From Rhizobiaceae bacterium (GTDB lineage: Bacteria; Pseudomonadota; Alphaproteobacteria; Rhizobiales; Rhizobiaceae), in contig JAEUMA010000569.1 in NCBI GenBank assembly GCA_016793565.1, positions 1-32,756 of the forward strand: 32,756 nt of DNA, written 5' to 3'. The notes beneath the pieces were generated by a model that ran no database searches, was not told the DNA's origin, and was given only the letters and a program-made list of their open reading frames with translations. Shown here piece after piece: positions 1 to 9,704 of this stretch. Each line of letters starts with the position of its first letter. Within the stretch, counting starts at the first letter, position 1. The translations under genes were made by a program, and so were the position numbers.

Positions 1-477
1 GTCGAGACATTGGGCGAGATTCTTGCCCGCGGCCAGAGCGTTGCCGGCCGCCTCGGCGGCCGGGGCCCAGGCGTCCACCATCGTCTTTTCGCCGATCTCG
101 GCCTTGCCGCGATCCTGGATGCCTTTCGCCATCGCCTGAAGCATGGCGACCGCGTCGAGATCGCCGAGCGTTGGCTTGCCTTTGACAGCCGCGCCGGCAC
201 GCATGAACGCTGTCGCGTAAAGCGGGCCGGATGAGGCCCCGACGGCGTTCAGGAAGGATTTCGCAGCGGTATTCAGCACCAAGGTAGGATCGGCTGCGGA
301 AAGGTCGAGCTTGGCCAGCGCATCGCGCACGGCCCCGAAGCCGAGCGACATCGCTATGCCATGGTCGGCATCGCCGATAACGCCGTCCAGTTCGCACAGG
401 CGCTCCTTCTGCCGCTCGATCTCCTCGGCGATCGTACCGAACATGGCGGTGAGGCGGGCGGCGTCGATGTCGGCCAT
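1..477 (-). CDS. dhaL: Dihydroxyacetone kinase ADP-binding subunit DhaL, 3' end cut by window edge
   Basis: Absent from the ORF track because it runs off the edge. Minus-strand translation from the ATG at 477-475 gives MADIDAARLTAMFGTIAEEIERQKERLCELDGVIGDADHGIAMSLGFGAV..., with the DhaL-type DGxIGDxDHG motif. It starts 20 nt after the dhaK stop. Confidence 0.85.
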   Translation of the reverse strand, partial: MADIDAARLTAMFGTIAEEIERQKERLCELDGVIGDADHGIAMSLGFGAVRDALAKLDLSAADPTLVLNTAAKSFLNAVGASSGPLYATAFMRAGAAVKGKPTLGDLDAVAMLQAMAKGIQDRGKAEIGEKTMVDAWAPAAEAAGNALAAGKNLAQCLD

Positions 478-497
478 TGCTTGTCTCCTTTGCAGAA

Positions 498-1505
498 TCA
501 GCCGGCGCGGAACATCGCGCAGTCGCAAGGGTGGTCGAGCATCGCCTGCAGTTCGCCGTCGAGGAGATGGAGCGTGATCGAGGCGCCGGCCATTTCGAGC
601 GAGGTGCAGTAGTTGCCGACCCAGGTGGCGTGGACCGCGACGCCGAGGTCGTCCAGCCGCTGCTTCAGGCGTCGGTTCATGATGTAGAGCTCCATCAGTG
701 GCGTGGAGCCCAGCGAATTCACCAGCACGGCCACGCGGTCGCCGCGCGACGGCGCCATCTCGTCCAGAATGCGGTCCATCATGGCGTCGGTGATCGTGTC
801 GGCGCTCGCCAGGGTGCCGCGTGCGATGCCGGGTTCGCCATGAATGCCCATGCCGATCTCCATCTCGTCGTCGCCGATCGAAAAATTCGGCTTGCGGGTC
901 TGCGGAAGCGAGCAGGGGGACAGCGCCACGCCCATGGTGAAGGTTTGGTCGTTTGCCTTGCGGGCGATGCGCTCGCACTCATCGAAAGAAAGCATGCGGT
1001 CGCAGGCCGCGCCCGCCGCCTTGAAGATGAAGAAATTGCCGGCGACGCCGCGCCGCTTGTGGCGCTGGTCGACCGGGGCAGACGCGACATCGTCGGTGGA
1101 CAGCACGGTGCGTACCTCGATCTCGTCCATGGCCACCATTTCGGCTGCCATGTCGAAATTCATCACATCGCCGGCATAGTTGCCGTACATGAACAGCACG
1201 CCGGCGCCGCCGCTGACGGCCTTGGCGCATTCGATGATCGGGTCGGGCGGCGGCGAGGCGAAGACATTGCCCACGGCAGCCGCGTCGGCAAGCCCCTTGC
1301 CGACGAAGCCGAGGAAGCTCGGCTCGTGGCCCGATCCGCCCCCGATGACCAGCCCGACCTTGCCCGGGCGCGGGCCGTGAAGCGCCACGATCGAGCGTGG
1401 ACTGCCCTCCAACGCGCGCAGATGCGCCGGATGGGCCGCCAGAATGCCCTCCAGCATCTCGTCGACGGCGCGATTGCCGTCGTTGATGATCTTTTTGGTC
1501 TGCAC
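498..1505 (-). CDS. dhaK: Dihydroxyacetone kinase dihydroxyacetone-binding subunit DhaK
   Basis: 335-aa ORF from the track. GTG start at 1505 is preceded by GGGAGGA. Carries the GGGSGHEP motif and reads as DhaK along its full length. Confidence 0.9.
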   Translation of the reverse strand: MQTKKIINDGNRAVDEMLEGILAAHPAHLRALEGSPRSIVALHGPRPGKVGLVIGGGSGHEPSFLGFVGKGLADAAAVGNVFASPPPDPIIECAKAVSGGAGVLFMYGNYAGDVMNFDMAAEMVAMDEIEVRTVLSTDDVASAPVDQRHKRRGVAGNFFIFKAAGAACDRMLSFDECERIARKANDQTFTMGVALSPCSLPQTRKPNFSIGDDEMEIGMGIHGEPGIARGTLASADTITDAMMDRILDEMAPSRGDRVAVLVNSLGSTPLMELYIMNRRLKQRLDDLGVAVHATWVGNYCTSLEMAGASITLHLLDGELQAMLDHPCDCAMFRAG

Positions 1506-1575
1506 GGTCTGTCCTCCCTAGGCTGCCCCGCCGATATGGCAGTCGCGTGCGCTGGATGCCATCAGAATCGCAGTC

Positions 1576-2285
<710 letters not shown>

Positions 2286-2326
2286 ACTTTTGTCCGCGGA
2301 GCGCTTTCCTGTCAACGCCCTTGCGC

Positions 2327-3262
2327 TCAGGTCCACCAATAGCGGACGATGTGAAAGAAGATCGGGGCGGCGAAGACGAGGCTGTCGGTGCGGTCCAGCA
2401 TGCCGCCATGCCCCTCGATCATGGCGCCCCAGTCCTTGATGCCGCGGTCGCGCTTGATAGCCGAGGCTACGAGGCCGCCGAACACGCCCATGACGCAGCA
2501 GACAGCCGCGATCACCCCGGCCTGCAGCGGCGAAAAGGGCGTCAGCCAGTTGAGCGCCGCTCCCAGCAGACTCGCGCTGACCACGCCGCCGGCAAGGCCC
2601 TCCCAGGTTTTGGACGGGGAGACGTTGGGCGCCATGCGGTGCTTTCCGAACAGCTTGCCGAATACATACTGCAGCACGTCGCTTCCCTGCACGGTGATGA
2701 TCAGGAAGGCGATCAGCAGCATCTCGCGGCCGCCGAAGCCGGTCACCGGTAAGGTCAGCAGCGCCGGCACGTGGCTGATGCAGTAGACAGCCAGCATGAT
2801 GCCCCATTGCTGCAGCGAAACACGTTCCAGGAAGCGCTGGGTATCGCCGCGCGTGACCGCGAAGGCAGGCAGGATGAGGAAGCAGTAGACCGGGATGAAG
2901 ATCGAGTAGAGCCCGTACCAGTCGATCCAGATCAGATAGTACTGGACCGGCAGCACCAGCAGAAAGATCGCCAAAAGCACGCGGTGGTCGCTGCGGCGCG
3001 AATAGGTGATGGTGACGAACTCACGCAGCGCGGCGAAGGAGACGAGCGCGAACAGCAGGATCACGGCCGTCTTGCCGGCGATCATCGCCAGGCCGATGAT
3101 CGCCACCATTACCCACCACGCCTTGATGCGTGCTTCGAGGTTGTCGAGGGTCGCCGAAGCCGCACCGCCATTTCGAAAGCGCAGGACGGCGGCGATCAGT
3201 GTGGCGGTCACCAAGACGCCGAGGAGGCCGCAGAGGAGCCAGCGGGTCTCCCAGATCATCAT
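2327..3262 (-). CDS. cdsA: Phosphatidate cytidylyltransferase (CDP-diglyceride synthase) family membrane protein
   Basis: The track ORF 2327..3442 has an Arg/Ala-rich N-terminal extension that I discard. The start MMIWETRW at 3262 overlaps the upstream stop (ATGA). Multi-TM protein with the CdsA signature SAIKRDRGIKDWGAMIEGHGGMLDRTD. Confidence 0.85.
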   Translation of the reverse strand: MMIWETRWLLCGLLGVLVTATLIAAVLRFRNGGAASATLDNLEARIKAWWVMVAIIGLAMIAGKTAVILLFALVSFAALREFVTITYSRRSDHRVLLAIFLLVLPVQYYLIWIDWYGLYSIFIPVYCFLILPAFAVTRGDTQRFLERVSLQQWGIMLAVYCISHVPALLTLPVTGFGGREMLLIAFLIITVQGSDVLQYVFGKLFGKHRMAPNVSPSKTWEGLAGGVVSASLLGAALNWLTPFSPLQAGVIAAVCCVMGVFGGLVASAIKRDRGIKDWGAMIEGHGGMLDRTDSLVFAAPIFFHIVRYWWT

Positions 3263-3927
3263 GCCGCCTTTTCCGGACGGGGCGCTAGCGCCAGCAGCGA
3301 CTGACGGGCGCGCTCGAGGAAGGCATGGCGGTCCTCGCCGGGCTGCAATGCCACCGGCGCGCCGAAGATGACGCGGCAGAGCAGCGGCACCGGCAGGATC
3401 TCGCCCTTCGGCAGTACCCGCGACATGTTTTCCAGCCAGCACGGCACCAGTTCGACGTCCGGGCGGGCGAGCGCGAGGTTGTAGAGCCCCGACTTGAAAG
3501 GCAATACCGGCTCCTCGGTCATATTGCGCAGGCCTTCCGGGAACAGGATCAGCGAATGGCCCTGGTCGAGCACTGCGATCATTTCTGCCAAAGGATCGCC
3601 TTTGCGCTCTTCACGGTTGCGCTCGATCAGCACGGCGCCGAGCAGCGTGTCGGCGACGAAGCGGCGAAGCGCCGTGTTGCCCCAATAGTCCGCGGCCGCG
3701 ACCGGGCGCGTCGCCACGCGATGGTTGCGCGGCAGGCTGGCCGACAGGATGATGAAATCGCCGTGGCTGGAGTGGTTGGCGAAATAGATGCGCTGCCGAT
3801 CGGACGGCGCGCTGCCCTGCCATATGCCGCGCACTCCGGTGATGGCGCGCGCCAGCGCAGCAACGCCTGAGGCGGCAGCCAGCCGCAGCATGGATCGGGA
3901 TCCGGAAGGGGGTTGGTCAGGCGGCAT
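3259..3927 (-). CDS. PlsC-family 1-acyl-sn-glycerol-3-phosphate / lysophospholipid acyltransferase
   Basis: Acyltransferase blocks HSSHGD (HxxxxD) and FPEG are present. The track ORF reaches 4077 but would overlap patD. I use the ATG at 3927 (MPPDQPP...); the ATG at 3891 is an alternative. Confidence 0.75.
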   Translation of the reverse strand: MPPDQPPSGSRSMLRLAAASGVAALARAITGVRGIWQGSAPSDRQRIYFANHSSHGDFIILSASLPRNHRVATRPVAAADYWGNTALRRFVADTLLGAVLIERNREERKGDPLAEMIAVLDQGHSLILFPEGLRNMTEEPVLPFKSGLYNLALARPDVELVPCWLENMSRVLPKGEILPVPLLCRVIFGAPVALQPGEDRHAFLERARQSLLALAPRPEKAA

Positions 3928-4030
3928 GCTCTCAGGCGAATCCTCAGCCCGGAAAGCGCTTCTTATCGACGCGAACCGGGCGCAGGGCAAGCGCGTCGGC
4001 CAACGACGCGCCCGTGCTGCCGGCGATCTC

Positions 4031-5458
4031 TTAGCCGTGCGCGACCATGACGTGGCGGACGGCCGTGTAGTCCTCAAGCGCGTATAGCGACATGTCCTTG
4101 CCGTAGCCCGACTGCTTCAGGCCGCCATGCGGCATCTCGTTGGTCAGCATGAAGTGCGTGTTGATCCAGGTGCAGCCATATTGCAGCCGTGCCGCCGTGG
4201 CCATGGCGCGGGATACGTCTCTGGTCCAGACCGACGAGGCGAGGCCGTAGTCGCTATCGTTGGCCCAGGCGACGGCGTCGTCGACATTCGAGAATCGCGT
4301 GACGGACACGACCGGCCCGAAGACCTCCCGGCGGACGATCTCGTCCTGCTGGAGGGCGCCGGCCACCACGGTCGGCTGGTAGTAGAAGCCCTTGCCGTCG
4401 CCCGGCTTGCCGCCGGTGGTGATCTCGATGTGCTTCAGTTCCGAGGCGCGCTCCACGAAGGACGCGACACGGTCGCGTTGGCGCCGGGAAATCAGCGGGC
4501 CGATCTCGTTGTCGGTGTCGTCGGCCTTGTCGTAACGAATGGTCGCAACGGCGGAGGTGAGGTCTGCGACCAGCCTGTCGTAGATCTTGTCGCCGGCGTA
4601 GATCCGGCAGGCGGCGGTGCAATCCTGGCCGGCATTGTAGTAGCCGAAAGCGCGTAGCCCGTTCACCACTGCATCGAGATCGGCGTCGTCGAAGACGATG
4701 ACGGGTGCCTTGCCGCCCAGTTCCAGATGCGTGCGCTTGACGGTCTTGGCGGCCGCCTGCAGCACCTTCTTGCCGGTGGCGACGTCGCCGGTGATGGAGA
4801 TCATGTTGACCTTGGGGTGGTTGATCAGTGTGTTGCCCACCGTCTCGCCGCGGCCGAGCACTAAGTTGACCACGCCTTCCGGCAGTACATCGGCGAGAAT
4901 CTTCGCCAGTTTCAGCGCCGTCAGCGGCGTCTGCTCGGAGGGTTTGAACACGACCGTGTTGCCGCCGCCGATGGCAGGCGCCAGCTTCCAGGCCATCATC
5001 ATCAGGGGATAGTTCCAGGGCGCGATCGAAGCGACGACGCCGATCGGGTCACGCCGGATCATCGATGTGTGGCCGGGCAAGTATTCGCCCGCGACCTGGC
5101 CGGGCATGGTGCGAACCGCGCCGGCGAAGAAGCGGTAGCAGTCGACGATCGCCGGAATCTCGTCGTTGAGCACGGCGTTGATCGGCTTGCCGCAGTTCTG
5201 GGCCTCCAGCGCCGCGAACTCGGCGGCTTCCGCTTCGATGCGCTCGGCGATCTTCAGAAGATAGACTGAACGTTGCGCCGGTGTCGTGCGTGACCAGCTC
5301 GCATACGCCGTTTCGGCGGCTGCGACGGCTGCGTCGATCTGCGCCGGGCTGGCCTCCGGCAGGTTGAGGATCGTGGCGCCCGTCCTGGGGTTCAGGACGG
5401 TCTCCTCGGCCTCCGTCCCTGCCTCGAACTTCGAGCCGATCAGCATCGCGGTGTTCAT
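4031..5458 (-). CDS. patD: Gamma-aminobutyraldehyde dehydrogenase (NAD-dependent aldehyde dehydrogenase)
   Basis: 475 aa with a GGAGGA SD. Long blocks are identical to E. coli PatD/YdcW as I remember it: [74 protein letters not shown]. Confidence 0.85.
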   Translation of the reverse strand: MNTAMLIGSKFEAGTEAEETVLNPRTGATILNLPEASPAQIDAAVAAAETAYASWSRTTPAQRSVYLLKIAERIEAEAAEFAALEAQNCGKPINAVLNDEIPAIVDCYRFFAGAVRTMPGQVAGEYLPGHTSMIRRDPIGVVASIAPWNYPLMMMAWKLAPAIGGGNTVVFKPSEQTPLTALKLAKILADVLPEGVVNLVLGRGETVGNTLINHPKVNMISITGDVATGKKVLQAAAKTVKRTHLELGGKAPVIVFDDADLDAVVNGLRAFGYYNAGQDCTAACRIYAGDKIYDRLVADLTSAVATIRYDKADDTDNEIGPLISRRQRDRVASFVERASELKHIEITTGGKPGDGKGFYYQPTVVAGALQQDEIVRREVFGPVVSVTRFSNVDDAVAWANDSDYGLASSVWTRDVSRAMATAARLQYGCTWINTHFMLTNEMPHGGLKQSGYGKDMSLYALEDYTAVRHVMVAHG

Positions 5459-5492
5459 CGCTTGTCCTCCAAACGCAGACTTCGTGTTTGCA

Positions 5493-6308
5493 TCATTTTC
5501 CGGAGCCGGCGACCTGGTCGCCGTCGCGGGTCAGGTAATAGGCAGCCAGGATCGGCAGGAAGGTGGCCAGGAACACCACCATGGCTACGACGTTTGTCAC
5601 CGGGCGCTGGCGCGGGCGAACCAGTTCTTCCAGCATCCAGATCGGAAGCGTCTGCTGCTGGCCGGCGGTGAAGGTCGTCACGATCACCTCGTCGAAGGAC
5701 AGCGCGAAGGCCAGCATGCCGCCGGCGAGCAGGGCGGTGCCGATGTTGGGCAGGATCACGTAGCGAAAGGTCTGGAAGCCGTCGGCGCCGAGGTCCATCG
5801 AGGCTTCCACCATCGAGCCCGAGGTGCGGCGGAAGCGGGCGACGGCATTGTTGTAGACGACGACGACGCAGAAGGTGGCGTGGCCGAGCACGATCGTCCA
5901 GAACGAGAACGGGATTTCGGCAAGGCTGAAGGCCGAGCGCAGGGCAATGCCGGTGATGATGCCGGGAAGCGCGATCGGCAAGATGACCAGCAACGAAATG
6001 GTCTCGCGTCCGAAGAAATTCGAGCCGGACACGGCCGCCGCGCATAGCGTGCCGAGCATGAGCGCGATTGCCGTTGAGATGGCTGCCACCTGCAGCGAGA
6101 GCGTCAGCGCTTGCCACACGTCGGGGCGGTTCCAGGTGACCGCGAACCATTGGGTGGTGAAGCCCGGCGGAGGCCACTGATAGCTCTTTTCCTCGGTCGT
6201 GAAAGCGTAGACGAAGATCAGCAGGATCGGCAGGTGCAGGAAGAGCAGCCCCGCCGCCGCCGCGACCTTGAGGCCGAGTGGCGCGGATTGGTTGCGGTCA
6301 GAGCGCAT
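5493..6308 (-). CDS. ydcV: ABC transporter permease (PotC/YdcV type)
   Basis: 271-aa multi-TM protein with the EAA-like loop [20 protein letters not shown]. Its position matches E. coli ydcV. Confidence 0.8.
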   Translation of the reverse strand: MRSDRNQSAPLGLKVAAAAGLLFLHLPILLIFVYAFTTEEKSYQWPPPGFTTQWFAVTWNRPDVWQALTLSLQVAAISTAIALMLGTLCAAAVSGSNFFGRETISLLVILPIALPGIITGIALRSAFSLAEIPFSFWTIVLGHATFCVVVVYNNAVARFRRTSGSMVEASMDLGADGFQTFRYVILPNIGTALLAGGMLAFALSFDEVIVTTFTAGQQQTLPIWMLEELVRPRQRPVTNVVAMVVFLATFLPILAAYYLTRDGDQVAGSGK

Positions 6309-7254
6309 CGAACGCCCCCAGCCGCTTCGCGCCCCACAGGTAAAATCCCATCACGACGATCGGCACTACGGTAAAGGCGGCGGCCAAAGGTATGTTGCCG
6401 GCCGTTCCCTGCTGCGCGTAGACCGCCTGTCCGATGAACAGGCGCGACGTGCCGATGATCTGGGGGATGATGTAGTCGCCGAGGGTCAGCGAGAAGGTGA
6501 AGATCGAGCCGGCTACGAGGCCCGGCAACGCCAGCGGAAAAAGCACGCTGCGGAACGTCTGGCGCGGCGTTGCGCCGAGATCGGCTGAGGCTTCTATCAG
6601 GTTGCCGGGAACCCGTTCGAGCGCCGCCTGCAACGGCAGCACCATGAACGGCAGCCAGACATAGACGAAGACGATGAAGGTGCCGGTGGCGCTCACGGAG
6701 AGCGAATTGCCGCCGACGATGGGTAGCGACAGCCAGGCGTCGAGGATGAAGGTCAGGTGCAGCTTGGCGAACAGCCAGCCGAGGATGCCTTCCTTGGCGA
6801 GGATCAGCTTCCAGGCGTAGACCTTGACCAGGTAGCTGGACCACAAAGGCAGCATGATACCGAGATAAAACAGCGCCTTCCATTTGCCCTGTGCATAGCG
6901 GGCGGCATAGTAGGCGATCGGAAAGGCCACCAGCGCCGCGCCGATGGTGACGAGCGCCGCCATCACCACCGTGCGGACGATGATGTCGAGGTTCGACGGG
7001 TTGAGCAGTTCGCCGTAGGTCTTGAGCGTGAATTCACGGTTGATCAGGCCGGAGAATTCGTCGATCGAGAAGAAGCTCTGCAGCAGGAGCGCGAAGAGCG
7101 AACCGAGATAGATGATGCCGAGCCAGAGCACCGGCGGCAGCAGCATCAGCACCAGGAGCAACCCTGGCCGGCGCCAGAACAGATCGGACAGCGCGCCGCG
7201 CACCCCGCCGCTCGACGGCAGGATGGCCGGGGCGCCGATGGAGGCCGTGCTCAC
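6298..7254 (-). CDS. ydcU: ABC transporter permease (PotB/YdcU type)
   Basis: Only the C-terminal 319 codons of track ORF 6298..8115 look like a membrane protein. The GTG start at 7254 overlaps the ATPase stop (GTGA). EAA loop [20 protein letters not shown]. Confidence 0.8.
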   Translation of the reverse strand: MSTASIGAPAILPSSGGVRGALSDLFWRRPGLLLVLMLLPPVLWLGIIYLGSLFALLLQSFFSIDEFSGLINREFTLKTYGELLNPSNLDIIVRTVVMAALVTIGAALVAFPIAYYAARYAQGKWKALFYLGIMLPLWSSYLVKVYAWKLILAKEGILGWLFAKLHLTFILDAWLSLPIVGGNSLSVSATGTFIVFVYVWLPFMVLPLQAALERVPGNLIEASADLGATPRQTFRSVLFPLALPGLVAGSIFTFSLTLGDYIIPQIIGTSRLFIGQAVYAQQGTAGNIPLAAAFTVVPIVVMGFYLWGAKRLGAFDAL

Positions 7255-8249
7255 GCGCCGTCCTCCATCAGATGGAGCTGGTCGCGGTTGAAGGTGAGCA
7301 CGACGGTCTCGCCTTCGCCCGGCAGCGGTGCGCCCGCCGGCACGGTGACGTTCAGCCTCAGCCCGTCGGCCTCGACGGCAACCCGCGTCGAGGAGCCGTG
7401 ATAGGCGGTGGAAACAACTCGCGCCGTCACGCCGTCGCCGCTGGTCTCGCGTGCGATGCGGATCGCCTCCGGCCTCAACGACCCCCAACGGCGCTGGCCG
7501 CAGTAGCGCTGCACGAAATCCGGCGGCACGACGTTGGACGAGCCCACGAAATCGGCGACGAAGCGCGAACGCGGATGCTGATAGATGTCGTTGGGGGTGC
7601 CCACCTGCACGATCCGGCCTTCGTTGAAGACAGCGACGCGGTCGGCCATCGACAGCGCCTCGCCCTGGTCGTGGGTGACAAAGACGAAAGTGATGCCCAG
7701 CGCCTTCTGGAGCGTCTTCAGCTCCTCCTGCATGTTTTCGCGCAGTTTGAGGTCGAGTGCGCCGAGCGGTTCGTCCAGCAGAAGCACCTTGGGCCGGTTG
7801 ACCAGCGCTCGGGCCAGCGCGACCCGTTGCCGCTGGCCCCCGGAAAGCTGCCCGGGGCGGCGGCCGCCATAGCCTGGCAGTTGCACCAGCTTGAGCGCCT
7901 CCTCGGCGGCGGCCAGGCGCTCGGCCTTGCCCGCGCCCTTCACCATCAGCCCGTAGGCGACGTTGTCCAGCACGTTGAGATGCGGGAACAGCGCGTAGTC
8001 CTGGAAGACGGTGTTGACGTTGCGCCGGTAGGGCGGCACGCCGTCGGCACTCTCGCCGAAGATCTCGATATGGCCGGCCGTCGGCTGCTCGAAGCCCGCG
8101 ATGAGGCGCAGGCAAGTCGTCTTGCCCGAACCGGAAGGGCCCAGCATGGCGAAGAACTCGCTCGGCGCGATCTCTAGGTCGACCGCGTCGACCGCCCGCA
8201 CGCTGCCGAAATGGCGCGACACCTTTTGAAAGGACACGGCTGGGGTCAT
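7251..8249 (-). CDS. ydcT: ABC transporter ATP-binding protein (PotA/YdcT type)
   Basis: Walker A GPSGSGKTT, signature LSGGQRQRVALARAL, Walker B LLLDEPL. Confidence 0.9.
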   Translation of the reverse strand: MTPAVSFQKVSRHFGSVRAVDAVDLEIAPSEFFAMLGPSGSGKTTCLRLIAGFEQPTAGHIEIFGESADGVPPYRRNVNTVFQDYALFPHLNVLDNVAYGLMVKGAGKAERLAAAEEALKLVQLPGYGGRRPGQLSGGQRQRVALARALVNRPKVLLLDEPLGALDLKLRENMQEELKTLQKALGITFVFVTHDQGEALSMADRVAVFNEGRIVQVGTPNDIYQHPRSRFVADFVGSSNVVPPDFVQRYCGQRRWGSLRPEAIRIARETSGDGVTARVVSTAYHGSSTRVAVEADGLRLNVTVPAGAPLPGEGETVVLTFNRDQLHLMEDGA

Positions 8250-8387
8250 GGACCGGTAAGGTCTCCGTCAGATCTGGCCATAGGCCGCTCTTCCGCCTCG
8301 GCGCTGCGCGCCGAACAGCCTTCTCCTCTTAAGGAGGACACGCCCTGCCGCCGCCGAGCGAAAGTAAAAGAGCGGTGCAAGGGCGAA

Positions 8388-8409
8388 GGGGGCGGGGCAG
8401 GCCGCCCCC
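8388..8409 (-). other. GC-only 8-bp hairpin about 10 nt downstream of the ydcS stop, inside a 169-nt intercistronic gap
   Basis: 8388-8395 (GGGGGCGG) pairs perfectly with 8402-8409 (CCGCCCCC) around a 6-nt loop. No U tract follows on the minus strand. Confidence 0.5.
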
Positions 8410-8418
8410 CCGCGCGGT

Positions 8419-9576
8419 TCAGCGTCCGCCGATCACGCCGATGTAGTCCGACACCCAGCGGTAGTACGGCACGCACTGGTCGTTCTGGCTGGCGCATTTG
8501 GTGGTCGGCGTGGTCCAGAACTGCACCTTATCGAAATTGTCGAAACCGTTGGTGGTGCAGGTTTCCGCAGTCATCATGCCGCGCTTGTCGGTGCAGGCGG
8601 CCGGAACCGAGGGATTGGCGCCGAACCACACGCCGAGGTCGCTCTGCAGGTTGGAGGACAGCGAGTGTTCCATCCACATATAGGCGCAGTTGGGGTTGGC
8701 CGCGTCGACATGCAGCATGGTGGTGTCGGCCCAGCCGGTAACGCCCTCATCCGGGAAGACGGAGGCGACAGGCTGGTTCTCGCCCTTCAGCAGATTGACC
8801 TGGAACGGCCAGGAGCCGGAGGCGACCACGCCCTCGTTCTTGAAGTCGTCGATCTGGATGAAGGCGTCGTGCCAGTAGCGGCCGACGAGGGTGCGCTGCT
8901 GGCGCAGCAGGTCGAGCGCGGCCTTGTACTGGTCCTCGTTGAGCTCGTAGGGGCTCTTGATGCCGAGTTCGGGCTTGTGCGTCATCAGGTACAGCGCGGC
9001 ATCGGCGATGTGGATTGGGCCGTCATAGGCCTGCACGCGACCTTTGTTGGACTTGCCGTCGTCCAGCGTCATCTCCTCGAACACCACCTTCCAGGAGGTT
9101 GGGGCAGTCTTGATGGCGTTGGTATTGTACATCAGCACGTTCGGCCCCCACATATAGGGCACGCCGTAATGCACGCCGTCGACCGTGTGCCAGCGGGCGT
9201 CCTTGAGACGGTCGTCGACGGTGGACCAGCTCTTGATCAGGTCGACATTGATGGGCTGTACGCGCTTGCCCGCGATCAGGCGCAGCGAGGCGTCGCCCGA
9301 CGCCGTGACGAGATCGAACCCGCCCTCGTTCATCAGCGCGACCATTTCGTCGGAAGTGTTGGCGGTCTTGACGTTGACCTTGCAGCCGGTCGCCTGCTCG
9401 AACTTGGTCACCCAGTCGAAATTCTTGTCCGTCTCGCCGCGCTCGATGTAGCCGGCCCAGGCGACGATGTTCACCTGGCCTTCGCCCGCACCGATTTCCT
9501 TGACCTGCGCGATCGCCTGGCCGCCGAAGGCCAGCGCCAGCGTCATGGCGGTACATGCCTTGAGGATCGATTTCAT
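8419..9576 (-). CDS. ydcS: Periplasmic substrate-binding protein of polyamine-type ABC transporter
   Basis: I use the ATG at 9576 (MKSILKACTAMTLALAFGGQAIAQ, a Sec signal) with a GGGAG SD. Long blocks are shared with E. coli YdcS as remembered: DLVTASGDASLRLI, GKRVQPIN, GKSNKGRVQAYDGPI, DFKNEGVVAS, EGVTGWADTTMLH. Confidence 0.9.
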   Translation of the reverse strand: MKSILKACTAMTLALAFGGQAIAQVKEIGAGEGQVNIVAWAGYIERGETDKNFDWVTKFEQATGCKVNVKTANTSDEMVALMNEGGFDLVTASGDASLRLIAGKRVQPINVDLIKSWSTVDDRLKDARWHTVDGVHYGVPYMWGPNVLMYNTNAIKTAPTSWKVVFEEMTLDDGKSNKGRVQAYDGPIHIADAALYLMTHKPELGIKSPYELNEDQYKAALDLLRQQRTLVGRYWHDAFIQIDDFKNEGVVASGSWPFQVNLLKGENQPVASVFPDEGVTGWADTTMLHVDAANPNCAYMWMEHSLSSNLQSDLGVWFGANPSVPAACTDKRGMMTAETCTTNGFDNFDKVQFWTTPTTKCASQNDQCVPYYRWVSDYIGVIGGR

Positions 9577-9683
9577 CTGACAACTCCCATTGGTGAAAAG
9601 GGGCCGCTCTGGCGGCGGCAAGCTTCCCTGTATGCAGGTTGCAGTGAAACCGTTGCGTTCGCAAATTCATTTATGAGAAAGAC

Positions 9684-9704
9684 GATATCGGATTTTCCGA
9701 TATC
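9684..9704. promoter_or_regulatory. Perfect 8-bp-arm palindrome GATATCGG-ATTTT-CCGATATC, candidate lysR terminator and/or LysR-type T-N11-A box
   Basis: 9684-9691 pairs with 9697-9704. The inner TCGGATTTTCCGA is T-N11-A. It overlaps the LysR stop codon (9703-9705) and lies about 110 nt upstream of the ydcS start. The minus strand downstream is U-rich (GUCUUUCUCAUAAAU). Confidence 0.4.

Noticed and set aside
2310-2315. Perfect TTGACA (minus strand) as the -35 of the ribH riboswitch promoter
   Set aside because: There is no acceptable -10 hexamer at 16-18 nt spacing (CAAAAG or AAAAGT only). I kept it as a remark under the riboswitch finding, not as a feature.
7255-8115. N-terminal 286 codons of track ORF 6298..8115, which would make a 605-aa permease
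   Set aside because: This part is extremely Arg/Ala/Gly-rich and overlaps the ATPase gene in another frame. The membrane-protein character begins exactly at the GTG at 7254, which is coupled to the ATPase stop.
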